DNA of 64,000 bases from the IMG/VR virus record IMGVR_UViG_3300037851_000538, positions 20,368-84,367 of that record. The stretch is one strand, 5' to 3'. Positions 9,801-20,500 of this stretch are shown here, one piece after another. The notes under the pieces were generated by a model, which saw nothing but the letters and a program-made list of their open reading frames with translations, searched no databases and was not told where the DNA came from. Position 1 is the stretch's first letter. Each line of letters starts with the position of its first letter. Position numbers and translations under genes: made by a program. This stretch comes from a virus.

Positions 9801-12800
9801 GCCATGGGGCTGGACACCGTGAAGGAAGGCAACCACCTCATTCTTCAGCCCTTGACCGACAAGGCCATTCTAAAAACCAGCGCAGGAGAGATTAAAGACC
9901 CCGGTGTCTCTTTTCAAGGCAGCACACTGAAGCCAGAAAAAGGAGGCATATTTGATCCGTCCATTACTGGAACTAAAGGCGCTGGTAAGTCTCTGGAGCT
10001 GGGAACAAACTGGGCTCACATCACTCTAGCGGATAGAATGCCCAACCCTGTTTTCCAGAAGCCCATATCTAGTCTGTTGGGCATGAGCGGAACGCAGTTC
10101 AACGACGTTGTTAAAGGCCACTCTAAGTTAAACGGGGCCACAGGTCCTGGAGCCATAGTCTCTGCCCTGAAATCCATAGACGTAGAAAAAAGACTGTCTG
10201 AATTGGAGTCTAAGCTGCGCTCCTTGCGCGGAACTAAGTTGGATATAGCAAACAAGGAGCTGAAGTATCTGAGGGCTCTTAAATCCAGCGGCCTCAGCCC
10301 TCAAGAAGCTTACACTATAAAACATCTTCCGGTTCTTCCTCCCAATATGAGGCCAGTGTCAGTACAGGAGAACGGCGCTCTTGCCGAAGACCTTGTAAAC
10401 AAAATGTACAACATGATTGGTAACACCAATTACCAGCTCAAGACATTTGATCCGAAGGTACATCCGGAAGAGGAAGTAGCCGTTCCTTTGCGCGCAGAGC
10501 TGTACGACGGTCTTAAGGCGCTAATGCTGTTAGGCACCAAGGTGGCTAAGGGAAAAGAGTTTGCGGGTATTGCCAACATCATTTCCGGAGGCGGTTCCCC
10601 TAAAGAGGGGTTCTTTCAGGACAAGGTGATTGGAAAAAGGCAAGACCTGTCCATGCGAGGCACTATCATCCCAGAACCTTCTATGTCTTTGGACGAGGTT
10701 GGTATCCCTAGGAAGGCCGCTCAGGAGCTCTACAAGCCTTTTATCATGTCTAGACTCATCCGGTCGGGGATCAGCCCAGCTCAAGCATTGAAAGAAATAA
10801 AGAACAACTCTGACATGGCCTTTATGGCGTTACAGAGCGTACTGAACGAGAGGCCCATAATTTTGAAAAGAGACCCGGTTCTGCATAAGTACGGGGTACA
10901 GGCTTTTCGTCCTAGAATCATAGAGGGTAAGGCCGTACGCATTCACCCTCTGGCAACAAGCGGTTACAACGCTGACTTCGACGGTGACGCAATGAGCGCG
11001 TACGTCCCGGTCAGTTCAAAGGCGGTGGAGGAGGCTTTCAAGATGATGCCTTCTCACAACATCTTCAATCCTGCTACTGGAAACGTCATGTATAAACCGA
11101 GTCAGGAGTCCCTGTTTGGCTTATACAAGCTAACTGAGATGGGTTCTGGCCCCGCTAAGAAGTTTTCTGGCCTAGACCAGTTGGCCAAAGCGACGATGGC
11201 AGGAGAAATTGATTTCAATACCCCTGTCAGCCTCAAGAGCATAGACAAAGACATATCCAAGTTGATCAAGATCGGAGCCCCCGAGGTAAAAACCACGGTA
11301 GGTCGGCTCCTTGTTTACAATGCCCTTCCAGAAGATTTGAGAGACCCGGCCATTCTGTCAGATCCTTCGTTTAAGATGACTTCTTCCAGTCTCAACAAGC
11401 TTCTAGGCGCAGTTGCCATTAAACGGCCCCACGATTTTGGAAAAGTGGCAGACGCTCTGAAGAATCTTGGCAACGAATTTTCTACGGGTTCCTCGGTTGG
11501 CCTAGACGATTTTATTTCTCACAAGCACGACCGAGATAGAATTCTTCGGGAGGCTCGCGATCTAGAGAAGGCTATTACCGCCAAGGACAAAGACAAAAGG
11601 GAAGAAGAGACGATCAAGATCTACAACAAGGCTGGTGGTAAAATAGAGGAAGCAGCCTTGGGGTCTATCGAAAAGTCTAAGAACCGCATGTACGATTGGG
11701 TTAAGGCGGGTGCTAAGGGAAACTGGGACCAGTTTCGACAAATGGCAGTAGCACCCCTATTAGTGGTGGACTCTTACGGGAAGACAGTCCCGGTTCCTAT
11801 CACCAAGTCCTATTCTGAGGGCCTGGACGTAGCTTCATATTGGGCATCAATGCACGGAGCTCGTATGGGAACTCTGAGTCGCGTGGAGGGTACATGGCGC
11901 CCCGGTCTTTTGAGCAAAGAGATCATGCAGGCCACTATGGGCCAAATGGTGGTTAGCGAGGATTGCGGAACAGAAAAAGGCATATTGATGCCCATTGAGG
12001 ACAAAAACGTCCTAAACCGATTTCTAAGTCAGGCCGTCTCCTTAGGCCAGAAGACCGGAAAGGACAAGGGGGTCCTGCCCGCAGGGACTCTGGTGACTCC
12101 AGATGTTCTAAATCGTCTAAGAAACAACAAAGTAACCGAGGTTCGAGTTCGTAGTCCTTTGAAATGCGCGCACGGAGAGGGGTTGTGCGCAAAGTGCTAT
12201 GGGATTAACGAGAACGGAAAACTACATCAAAAAGGAACAAACGTAGGAGTCATCGCCTCTCAGGCTCTTGGGGAGCCTATGACGCAGCTGAGCATGAACT
12301 CTTTTCATACGGGTGGCATAGCCGGTTCCGTGGGCGCTAAAGCCACTAGCGTGTTTGACAGAATAGACCAGCTGACCAAGATTCCTAGTATACTTCCAGG
12401 ATCTGCCGTCTTGTCCACCGCGGAGGGAGTAGTTAGCAGTATTTCTAAGGACCCGGCCGGCGGATGGTCGGTGTTTGTTGGAGGGGAAAAGCACTATGTA
12501 CCCCCATCTCGGGAGATTGTTGTTAAGAAGGGCGACTCTTTGAAAAAAGGGGACGCTGTCTCTTCAGGAGTTAAAAATCCGAGGGACATACTTAGGCTAC
12601 AGGGGATAGGCGCGGTTCAGAATTATCTTACGACCGAGCTTGAGAAAAACTACGGAAAGGCCCAGACGCCCCTATTTAGACGTAACGTAGAAACATTTGT
12701 TCGATCCATGACCAACCTGTGCGAGGTGGTGGACCCAGGAAGCCACGAGTCTTACGTGAAGGGAGACACTGCTCCCACGTCTGTCATCCTAGAGTACAAC

Positions 12801-13049
12801 TCCAAAGCTTCTAAGGAGGGTAAAGCCCCCGTAAAGTTCTCTCCAATCCTCAAGAGCGTAGAAACTCTTCCTTTGGACATGCACGAAGACTGGGTGGCTC
12901 GCCTTCAGTCCCGTAGGTTGAAGTCTACAATACTGGATGCGGCCGCCGAGGGGTGGAGGTCTTCGTTACACAGCACCCACCCTATACCAGCAATGGCGTA
13001 CGGCGCAGAGTTTGGACAGGGAACTCCTGATAAACCCTGGCTTTACTAG
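6864..13049 (+). CDS. rpoBC: Single-chain DNA-directed RNA polymerase, beta-beta' fusion
   Basis: beta motifs DPIQTPE, NRAMMAS, YMPWRGYNFDDG, GDKIVGRYGNKG, LKLHH; beta' motifs LPVLPPNMRP, GKRQDLS, RDPVLH, catalytic YNADFDGD (~10965-10988), CAKCYG, GEPMTQLSMNSFHTGG; likely GTG start at 6864 after AGGAG. Confidence 0.95.
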   Translation: MAYYNPTEPFETMKKRLSETVKSQFPVEGRRHTLRASKVWIEDDKAITDIHSQEEAKLKERSWTVPMKAHLELVDKETGKVKDQKVVVLGQLPKITNRWTYIVDGQERQIANQFRLRSGVYTHVRENGELTSQWNLAKGLGFNMNIDPSSKIMSITFTNKASKIPIYSVLKLMGVPDSDIEKSLGKAFYEANKNVKSDKVEELYRAFKGTPPPSKEEARKVVLQEFERMALLPDTTKVTLGSSFEKVNGSSLLAGASKLSKVFRKEEDPDDRDSLVFKDLYSAEDLLTERLSKKNVKDIQRKILNNVDKKSSVSEIVHPDIFGKPIRQFFISPLSEFPDQLNPMSYLSGNRRTTILKEHGISDPVMISLGAKAINPSHIGFLDPIQTPESEALGATLQLALGVRKSGHKVYIKLRNVKTGKYEEVDAAKALGTTFAFPDQVKKTDKGLFPVDKLIKASDKKGNIVMVKPSEVTHVLDSPKALFDFSSNLIPFLQNNQGNRAMMASKQLEQAMPLKNREEPLIQVKEESGSTFENILGRIAAAHVSRVDGVVQKVTDKSIFIKEDKTGKPYEVKLYNNFPLNNDKSLIHSEPIVKVGDKVSKNQPVADTNFSKNGTMALGTNLRVAYMPWRGYNFDDGIVISESAAKKLTSTHLFREQVAQEKNVILDKKKLLAHVGATVSKSSTDKLDDRGVVQVGQTVYPGDILIGALKHEEITPEQRQLAVFSKKLIKPVKPNLVTWDREVPGTVVRVVKHGKNTTVYVRADEPADVGDKIVGRYGNKGVITTVLPDHEMPLDQEEKPLEVLLNPSGVPSRINMGQILETAASKIARKTNTPYVVNNFDQDIPDYTRHLKDELKKHGLSDVENLKDPSTGRVFKDVLAGEQYILKLHHTAEKKLSSRSRDAYDSNLMPRGGGDASGQKMDAMGLYALLAHNARSVIREAQTQKSERNDDYWAALQAGDSLPAPKVPFVFKKFEGYLKAMGLDTVKEGNHLILQPLTDKAILKTSAGEIKDPGVSFQGSTLKPEKGGIFDPSITGTKGAGKSLELGTNWAHITLADRMPNPVFQKPISSLLGMSGTQFNDVVKGHSKLNGATGPGAIVSALKSIDVEKRLSELESKLRSLRGTKLDIANKELKYLRALKSSGLSPQEAYTIKHLPVLPPNMRPVSVQENGALAEDLVNKMYNMIGNTNYQLKTFDPKVHPEEEVAVPLRAELYDGLKALMLLGTKVAKGKEFAGIANIISGGGSPKEGFFQDKVIGKRQDLSMRGTIIPEPSMSLDEVGIPRKAAQELYKPFIMSRLIRSGISPAQALKEIKNNSDMAFMALQSVLNERPIILKRDPVLHKYGVQAFRPRIIEGKAVRIHPLATSGYNADFDGDAMSAYVPVSSKAVEEAFKMMPSHNIFNPATGNVMYKPSQESLFGLYKLTEMGSGPAKKFSGLDQLAKATMAGEIDFNTPVSLKSIDKDISKLIKIGAPEVKTTVGRLLVYNALPEDLRDPAILSDPSFKMTSSSLNKLLGAVAIKRPHDFGKVADALKNLGNEFSTGSSVGLDDFISHKHDRDRILREARDLEKAITAKDKDKREEETIKIYNKAGGKIEEAALGSIEKSKNRMYDWVKAGAKGNWDQFRQMAVAPLLVVDSYGKTVPVPITKSYSEGLDVASYWASMHGARMGTLSRVEGTWRPGLLSKEIMQATMGQMVVSEDCGTEKGILMPIEDKNVLNRFLSQAVSLGQKTGKDKGVLPAGTLVTPDVLNRLRNNKVTEVRVRSPLKCAHGEGLCAKCYGINENGKLHQKGTNVGVIASQALGEPMTQLSMNSFHTGGIAGSVGAKATSVFDRIDQLTKIPSILPGSAVLSTAEGVVSSISKDPAGGWSVFVGGEKHYVPPSREIVVKKGDSLKKGDAVSSGVKNPRDILRLQGIGAVQNYLTTELEKNYGKAQTPLFRRNVETFVRSMTNLCEVVDPGSHESYVKGDTAPTSVILEYNSKASKEGKAPVKFSPILKSVETLPLDMHEDWVARLQSRRLKSTILDAAAEGWRSSLHSTHPIPAMAYGAEFGQGTPDKPWLY

Positions 13050-13059
13050 GACTTAGATA

Positions 13060-14157
13060 ATGACCCGGACAATCGCCGAGACAGAGTACGTACCGTCACA
13101 CGTAGAGGTGGTGCGTATAGTAAACGTAAACATCGTGGACTGGTCTGTAGACTGCGTGTCTGAAAAGGGCGGAAAGCGCTATTTCGATATCCAGGTCATG
13201 TCCCCCTACTTCCACTATATGAACGGGGAGGGGATATACGCTGTTCCAGAGGTCGGGGCCGTGGCTTGGCTATGTCTCCCTAGCGAAGGAAGGTTTGCTG
13301 CCCCTTTTCTTTTAGGGTTCATGTCTCCTTTCGAGCAGGACACACAGAGTTTTAGGAGTGGTCGTCAGAACCTAAACCCCGGTGACATTATGCTTCGGAC
13401 GAGAGATGAGAACTTTGTAGTTCTCCGTCGCGGCGGTGTTCTTCAGATGGGCGCAACCCCGGTTGCTCAAAGGATGTTTATACCTATCCGGAACTATATC
13501 AAGGACTTCTGCGAGAACTACGAGCTGGCTACTTTTGGTGGCACTCTTTCTTGGACTACTGAACGAGACGACCAGACTACGGACGGAAGTTCTCCTACTG
13601 TTTTGAGAATTTCTGCTAAAGAGAAGGCGAACGACTCTGGGAATGCCGTGGAGCTGTCTTTAGGTTCCCATGGAGAGGACAGCCCTACTACACTAGAGCT
13701 GGTTGTTAGGTCTTCTGGAGATAAAAACGCTGAGGCAAAAGTGACTTTGACAATCACCAAAGAAGGAGACGTGGTCTGGGACGTTAAGAAATCAATCTCC
13801 GTAACGGCCTACGGGGACATTGATATATCTACCACGGACGGCTCCCTGAACGTGTCTTCTGGAAAAGACGTCTCGTTGTCGGCCAGTGGTTCCCTCAGCG
13901 CAGATTTTGCCCAGGACGCCAAGATATCGACATCGGGGTCGTTGCTGATGTCTGGAGATCAGGGGGCCACCTTGGACAGCCCCACTATCTGCCTTGGCCG
14001 AGGAGCCTCCAACCCGGTAGTTAAAGGAACAGAGCTGATGCAGTTTTTGGGGCAGCTGATAGCTACCTTGTCCGCTTACCCACCTACTGCAGGAGTGGGT
14101 TCTTTGACCCCACTGATTCCAAACATTGTGTCTACGCAGTCATTTCTTTCTCGATGA
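13060..14157 (+). CDS. Baseplate central spike (gpV/gp5/VgrG-like)
   Basis: N-terminal OB-fold-like 'GEGIYAVPEVGAVAWL', C-terminal beta-helix-like S/T/G-rich repeats, 'LGRGASNPVVKG'. Confidence 0.7.
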   Translation: MTRTIAETEYVPSHVEVVRIVNVNIVDWSVDCVSEKGGKRYFDIQVMSPYFHYMNGEGIYAVPEVGAVAWLCLPSEGRFAAPFLLGFMSPFEQDTQSFRSGRQNLNPGDIMLRTRDENFVVLRRGGVLQMGATPVAQRMFIPIRNYIKDFCENYELATFGGTLSWTTERDDQTTDGSSPTVLRISAKEKANDSGNAVELSLGSHGEDSPTTLELVVRSSGDKNAEAKVTLTITKEGDVVWDVKKSISVTAYGDIDISTTDGSLNVSSGKDVSLSASGSLSADFAQDAKISTSGSLLMSGDQGATLDSPTICLGRGASNPVVKGTELMQFLGQLIATLSAYPPTAGVGSLTPLIPNIVSTQSFLSR

Positions 14158-14169
14158 CAGGAGATACCT

Positions 14170-16188
14170 ATGGCGAGCGCTTCTTTGTTTTTGGACCGTC
14201 CACTTCAATTTGAGGGAGAGGAAAAGCTCGCAGGGTCTTTGACTCGCCTCAGCGACAATGTCGAGATGTGGCCTCGGGAGATTACTCAAGAGGCTTATCG
14301 GCAGATCCCGTACATCAGTGACTTCGATATCAATGTCGTTCTGGACAAGGTTGACGAGCAGAAGGGTTTTGCTTTTGGATCCATCGAGGTCAAGGCGAAG
14401 TCCGAGATGACTATGGAGGAGCGGAAGGGCGGAGACCTTCCTCGAGTCCATGTTCCTATCGTCGTTAAAGACCAGATGCTCTATCCGCTCGACGTCTTTT
14501 TGAACGGAAAGTCCTACGCCTACCTTACTGAGCCCCGTCTACGGTCCGCGCTGTTCCGTCCAGAAACTATGGATGCTGCTCGGACTCGCCCGTACGACCC
14601 CTCGCTAGTCCACGACCTTCAACCGCCTATTAGGGCGGGTTATGGTGGTTTTGGAGCCGGAGGGGTGAAGACGGGGTCTGCGGCTTCAGACGAGCTGGAA
14701 CACCTTCCCATTCTCCCGATGCTTCAAGGTAGGGTTTTGGGAGACCACGTGACGCGTTTGAAGGTTGCGTGCCAAGACCCCAGTCTGCGGTCTCAGGTAT
14801 TGGGAGGCAGTTTAGGTGTTCGTGCTGCGTTCAATTCTGCTTTGGGCCTTAAAGAGACTTCTCAGGAGAAGTGGGCCAGTTCTATTAGAAACAGCGTGGT
14901 TCCTAAGGTAGTTCAGCTCAAGAAACACGGAAGTAATAGCCTCCTGCTCAAAACAGCGGATCCGGATTTCTACGCCCCGGAGATTGAGATCATTCCAGAG
15001 AGCCTGGCTAGGGATTTGGCCGGAGAAGAGGACATCTCTGGCATCATGGAGAGCGACGGTACTATGACCGTCAGTCCAGACACTCCCGTGAAGTCTACTT
15101 TGGAGGCTGAAGAGATTCGAGTTGCTGACTCCTTTGGCCTTTGGAAGGTTCAGGACCTCAGCGGAAACACTCTCATAGGGTGGGTTTTTCCTCAGCTTCT
15201 TTCTATGGACATGCAGCCTTTGCCGTTGAGCCTATTCAACAATGGGTCTCAACACGCTGTCCAAGAGCACGTAGCCGGGGAAATGGCTGGTAAGTCTACA
15301 GACCTACCAAAAGGACACCCTCAGGGTTACGGGTGTTTGTATTTTATTGATCACGGCACAGCTAAGGCCTTCGTTCCTATGCGAGTCACCTCTACCATGC
15401 GCGGGCCTGACGGTCTGATTAGGTATGTGGCCGAAGATGACATGGGCGCCCACTTCACGTTCTACTTCTCTGACGCGGTGAAAACCATTTTGCGCGTAGG
15501 GGGATCCGAGTACTGTATACCGTCTCAAGTTTCTTGGATGCCGTTAAGGGGAAAAACCGAGCTGGTCAATACCCCTGCGTACTTCTCAAAAGTAGCGTCG
15601 GATAGATTCTTGTCCAACAGGGCAGAGCTTGTCGGTGACGGGAACTTGTTTAGCTGGAGGGGTCCAGCTGTCTCCAAACTGGCCAGTGCGGACAGGGCGT
15701 TTTTGAATAGGGACGATGCCTTGTTTCTTGGAGTGTCTTTGGGGATTGACCCGTCATTTTGCAAGGAGGCTTTAGATAGAGCTTCTAAGGGAGAGCTTCT
15801 AAAGTTTGGAAGCGTACGGGTTATCACTCCGACATGGGAGAAGCTGGCGAAGGCCCACGAGTCCGTTAAGGCTGAATTGGCATCTATTCCTAGGCCTATT
15901 AGAAACTATTTCTTGGCTAAGGAAGCGGCTCTTCTGGACGATGCTCTTACTGCGGACAAGATACTGGGTCTTGGGTTTTTAACGGCAGAAAACATTTCTA
16001 CGTTCGTGGATATGATCCCCGCATTGGAAGCAGCCTCGTCAAAAGTGGCTGAGATGCTGGTCGCCGCGCGTATCGGGTTGAGAGATGTTCCGGAGGTGGC
16101 TCTTGAGCGTATGTTGGCGGCCTTGGAGGATGTGATCCAGGGATTGAAGAGTCTCAAGCAGAAAGAAACGTCCAGGTTCTCTATTTAA
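14170..16188 (+). CDS. Putative head structural protein with K-x-A/S junctions
   Basis: 672-aa ORF with GGAG SD; EEKLA, KTGS, EKWAS, KVAS, KLAS, EKLA, KEAA. Confidence 0.6.
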   Translation: MASASLFLDRPLQFEGEEKLAGSLTRLSDNVEMWPREITQEAYRQIPYISDFDINVVLDKVDEQKGFAFGSIEVKAKSEMTMEERKGGDLPRVHVPIVVKDQMLYPLDVFLNGKSYAYLTEPRLRSALFRPETMDAARTRPYDPSLVHDLQPPIRAGYGGFGAGGVKTGSAASDELEHLPILPMLQGRVLGDHVTRLKVACQDPSLRSQVLGGSLGVRAAFNSALGLKETSQEKWASSIRNSVVPKVVQLKKHGSNSLLLKTADPDFYAPEIEIIPESLARDLAGEEDISGIMESDGTMTVSPDTPVKSTLEAEEIRVADSFGLWKVQDLSGNTLIGWVFPQLLSMDMQPLPLSLFNNGSQHAVQEHVAGEMAGKSTDLPKGHPQGYGCLYFIDHGTAKAFVPMRVTSTMRGPDGLIRYVAEDDMGAHFTFYFSDAVKTILRVGGSEYCIPSQVSWMPLRGKTELVNTPAYFSKVASDRFLSNRAELVGDGNLFSWRGPAVSKLASADRAFLNRDDALFLGVSLGIDPSFCKEALDRASKGELLKFGSVRVITPTWEKLAKAHESVKAELASIPRPIRNYFLAKEAALLDDALTADKILGLGFLTAENISTFVDMIPALEAASSKVAEMLVAARIGLRDVPEVALERMLAALEDVIQGLKSLKQKETSRFSI

Positions 16189-16199
16189 GGATTAGATCC

Positions 16200-17063
16200 A
16201 TGGCACACCCCTGTGATTATTTTGCCAAGTACGTTCTTGCACAGAACTGGGATTCGGACCTCAGCGTGGACCACATCAATCGGGTCTTCAAGTCCTACGA
16301 CCTGCCTTTTTACAAAGAGGACAGCTTCAATGAACTCATGGGCGGGTTTCATGTGCCCAACGGGTTCGACTTTGCGGACAAAGGCAGTTCTAAGACTCGG
16401 CAGTTCATGGAAGAAGAAAAAATATCTGCTCTTTGGGACCCAAAGGGCGACGATGAGCGAGTTTTTTCTGATGTAGTAGAGGGTTCAGCTTTGATGAAGC
16501 TGGACATTCACACTCTTATCATGGGTGGGGTTCCTTCGGACGTAATTTCCGACAAGGTCAACGGCAAGTATGGGCTTATGGTGCACCCTATTACAGCCAG
16601 AATGGTAGAAACATACGCTCACTATTTCTGGAACAGAGACAGGGTGTCCCTGTACGACTGGGTAGATATTTTGGGCGGGTACCCTAGCGAGGATAGGCTT
16701 AAGGAGGCTCTGTACGGAGGTCCGCAGCAGGCTCTTTACCAGTGCGGATTCAAGCCTAAGGTGGATGTTTACGCTGCGGTTCGAGAAGTACACCGCCAAG
16801 CCTATTTTAGGCTTGAGGGGCTGCGAAGCTCTGCAACGAATCAGAGAACCACACAGGTGTTTTCTGCTTTGTCGTCTAAGATTCTGGCCTCCCATGAGAT
16901 TATGACTGCGCACGGTGCAGGGTTGCAAGACCAGCTCAAGCAGTTCAGACAAATCATGATGAAGCATCAGGACCCGGACATTAAGCAGGTGGATACCCTT
17001 ATCAACAAGCTAGAAGGGGGAAGCTATAGCGGGGAAGTAAAGCAGGCCTCTTCAGAAGATTGA
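16200..17063 (+). CDS. Hypothetical protein
   Basis: 287-aa ORF with AAGGA SD, in operon. Confidence 0.6.
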   Translation: MAHPCDYFAKYVLAQNWDSDLSVDHINRVFKSYDLPFYKEDSFNELMGGFHVPNGFDFADKGSSKTRQFMEEEKISALWDPKGDDERVFSDVVEGSALMKLDIHTLIMGGVPSDVISDKVNGKYGLMVHPITARMVETYAHYFWNRDRVSLYDWVDILGGYPSEDRLKEALYGGPQQALYQCGFKPKVDVYAAVREVHRQAYFRLEGLRSSATNQRTTQVFSALSSKILASHEIMTAHGAGLQDQLKQFRQIMMKHQDPDIKQVDTLINKLEGGSYSGEVKQASSED

Positions 17064-17090
17064 CCCTCTTTTCCTCTAAGGCTCAAAACC

Positions 17091-17567
17091 ATGGACTGGT
17101 GTTCTAAAATCAAGGGTCTGATGGACAAGTGGGAAAATACTTCAGAAAAGTCTGCCACTCTAAAGCCCTTGGAAAAAAACGTGGTAGATTCTTTCAGCAC
17201 TCATTTTTTGGAGTATGAGCTAAAGAAAGAAGACTTATTGATTCACTTGTTCCCTAGAGCGGGTGGGTCGGATAGGTACTATCCCAGCTCCACATCCAAG
17301 GACGGTAAATACATTCCTGGTCGTTTAGAGGAGCCTGTAGATGGTCTATCCTTCCCGGAAAACGCTCTAGACTGCATAGAAAGAGCCGCGGAGTGCGTTT
17401 GGGCAGGTGATGTTACTGCGGATTACGTTCCAGAGCTTAAGTCCTACGCCGTTCAGTTTATTGGAGCCGCTAACACTTTATGTTCCGAGGCCTCGATGAG
17501 CTCTGGAGCTCTTTCCAAATTCATAGACTTGTTCTCGGAAGCCTTAGACAGAAATTTGGAGCCGTAA
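17091..17567 (+). CDS. Hypothetical protein
   Basis: 158-aa ORF in operon; EKSA near the N-terminus. Confidence 0.55.
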   Translation: MDWCSKIKGLMDKWENTSEKSATLKPLEKNVVDSFSTHFLEYELKKEDLLIHLFPRAGGSDRYYPSSTSKDGKYIPGRLEEPVDGLSFPENALDCIERAAECVWAGDVTADYVPELKSYAVQFIGAANTLCSEASMSSGALSKFIDLFSEALDRNLEP

Positions 17568-17585
17568 CCCTCTCTGGAGTTTTAG

Positions 17586-20500
17586 ATGGGCCTCCTCTTG
17601 TTCTCTAAGCAGGCTTCAAGGATATCTGAGGCCGCATCCTCTTCAAAAAAGAACTCGTCGTATTTAGAAGAGGGCTATATTGGTCCGGGACTTCCTAAAA
17701 AGAAGGTATCGGACCTCCCTAAAGTAGACCTACCCGAGCGTTGGGAATTTTCTGCCCATCCGCACGACGCTAAAAAAAGCGGCCTACACGTAGACGTTCG
17801 TCTGGGAGACCCCGTATCTGGCATAGCTCATTCATTCGTTATTCCTAAGACAGACAAGCTTCCTGAACCCGGGTCTAATGTCCGGGTCATTCCAACCTTC
17901 GATCACAAGATACCGTACATGGATTTTACCGGTACGATATCCACTCCGTACGGTAAAGGAGAAGTCATTCCTGGTCGAAGAGAGGTAGCAGAGGTCTATC
18001 ATTCCACTCCAGAAAAGGACCCAGGCACCAAGGTCAGATTCAACCTATACTCAGGCTCTCATCCAGAAGAATTCGCTATACGAAAAGATGAGAGAGGCCG
18101 TTGGTATCTTCACAATAAGACCCAGACCAGAGAAAGACGGCCGGATATACCGGACTACAAGCCCAAGTACAAAGAGGTATCTGTAGATTCAATAGACCCT
18201 TCTGACGAATCCCAAGCCATGATGCCCAAGCTAGACGGAGCTCATGGGATAATAGATTTGAAGGCTGGTAGGTCTCCGAGAGTGTATTCTTACCGAGTGG
18301 GGGTCAAGACTCCTACAGGACTAATTGAGCACACCCATAAGATACCAGAACTTCTAAAGACCAAAGTCCCTAAAGAGCTAGACGGAACTATTATACGGGC
18401 CGAGATATTGGGCAGAGACAAAGACGGTAAGGCCATTCCTGCTCAAGAGATTGGAGGACTACTTAACTCCAAAGTTTGGGAGAGCCGAAAGAAGCAAGAG
18501 CAGTCGGGGGTAAAACTGTGGGCTTTTCCATTCGACGTTGTGAAGCATAAAGGAAAAGACGTTTCCCATCTGCCTTTTGAGGACAAGGTCAAAATACTCA
18601 AAAAGGTAGAAGAGTCCTTTGGGCCTGTAGAACTTCCTGAGATTGTTTCTGGAACTTTAGAGAAGATAGAGCTTTTGAACAAGATTCGTTCAAAGGCGCA
18701 TCCTTTAACTGAAGAGGGTGTAGTTCTTATAGACCCTAAAAAGCCCTCTGCTCCTATAAAGGCCAAGTTCTCTCCTGACTTCGATGTGTTCGTTAGGGAT
18801 ATACACCCGGCCATCAGCGGAAAGACTGGAGAGAAGCATGATAGGGCTGGGTCAATCAGTTATTCCTGGACTCCTAATGGCCCGATAGTTGGCCAGCTTG
18901 GTGGTTTCTCTCATGGAGAAGCCAGAGAGATGATTAAGAACCCGGACAGGTACATTGGCCGAGTCGCAAAGGTGAAGGCTATGAAAGTGTTTAAGTCGGA
19001 GTCCGGAGATCCGGGAGCTTTGTTTCAGCCTCGGTTCAAAGAGTGGCACTTGGACAAGGGCGACATCGAAAAGAGCTCAGCGGCTTCTATGCTGACAAAG
19101 GTTTCAGAGATGAAGAAAAAGGCAGATAACTCCAGTCTGAAAAAAGACGTGTCTCTCTACGACCATCAGAAAAGAGCTATTGAAAAGGTAAAGAGCCACG
19201 ATGGCAATCTTATCCTTAGCCACGGAACTGGTTCTGGAAAGACCCTTACTGCGATAGCTGCCTTTGAATCTCTTCGTGAAGACGGAAAAGCCACTAAGGC
19301 CCTGGTTGTTACTCCAGCTTCTTTGAGGGCTAACTTTATAGACAACGGGGTCAGGAAGTTTACTACTTCTAGGGCATCTATCATTGGAAATAGCGAGGAA
19401 GCTAAAAAGGGCATAGCTCGTTCTTTAGACGATCCCGATCCTGGTTCTAGGTACCATGTCATCTCCTACGAGATGTTTTCCAAAGACCCTGAAAAGGCGA
19501 TCAAGGCTACTGGGGCAGATACGGTCATTTATGACGAGCTTCACCGAATTCGTAACGATCAGGGGGTGACATACAAGACCATTAAGGACGCCAGGAAGCA
19601 CCACAGGAACTTCATAGGTCTTACTGGGTCTTTGATGAACAACACTCCTGCGGATTTGGTCCCTTTAGTTGACGCTATGACGGATGGCAATCACCGTCTT
19701 GGGACCAAGGCCCGTTTCGAGACTCGTTTTATTTCTGAGTCTAAGGGGGGTAAGAAGATAAACAAACCGCAGGTGGTGAAAGCCCTGCTCAACCCATTTG
19801 TAGACCATTTTGAAACCAAAGACCTCTCCGACGCCAAAATGCCTAAAAAAGTGGTGGAGGAAGTCAAAGTGATGATGAGCCCCTATCAAGAGGAGCTATA
19901 TCGTTACGTGGTCAACAAGATGGATCCTATTACGGCCATCAAGTTCCGTTTGGGAACTACTAAGCTGAAGACGCACGATATCAGCAACATCTTCTCTCAG
20001 ATAATTCAAGCCCGGCAGGTATCTAACTCTCCGCACACCATAGACCTGAGTCTTCCTATCCAGGATGCTCCAGACAAATCCCCCAAGGTAAAGAAATTGC
20101 TAGATGATGTAGAAGAGCATCTCAAAGAGACTAGCGATGGTCAGGTGGTTATTCACTCTAACCTTATTAAGGGTGGCGTGGATGTTCTATCAGAGGGTCT
20201 TAAGCAGAGGAACATTCCCTTCTCGACCTTTGTAGGTAAAGGGCAGCCGGGAGTAACAGAGGACAAGAGGCAGAAGGGGGTAGAGGAATTCAATTCTGGG
20301 AAGAAGCGGGTGATAGTCATATCCGCTGCGGGAGGGGAGGGGTTAGACCTTAGAAACGCTACTATGTTTGCTGGGCTCGACGGCCATTTCAACCCAGAGA
20401 AAGTTAATCAGGCCGAGTCTCGGGCCGTACGAGCTGGCGGACTTTCTCATAGGCCTGAAGAAGACCGGAGAGTAATAGTAAAGAGATACGTGAGCGTGGT

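Noticed and set aside
6783-13049. Possibility that this is a bacterial rpoBC locus (cellular chromosome)
   Set aside because: No flanking ribosomal protein genes, strongly diverged and shortened sequence, surrounded by portal, spike and terminase genes
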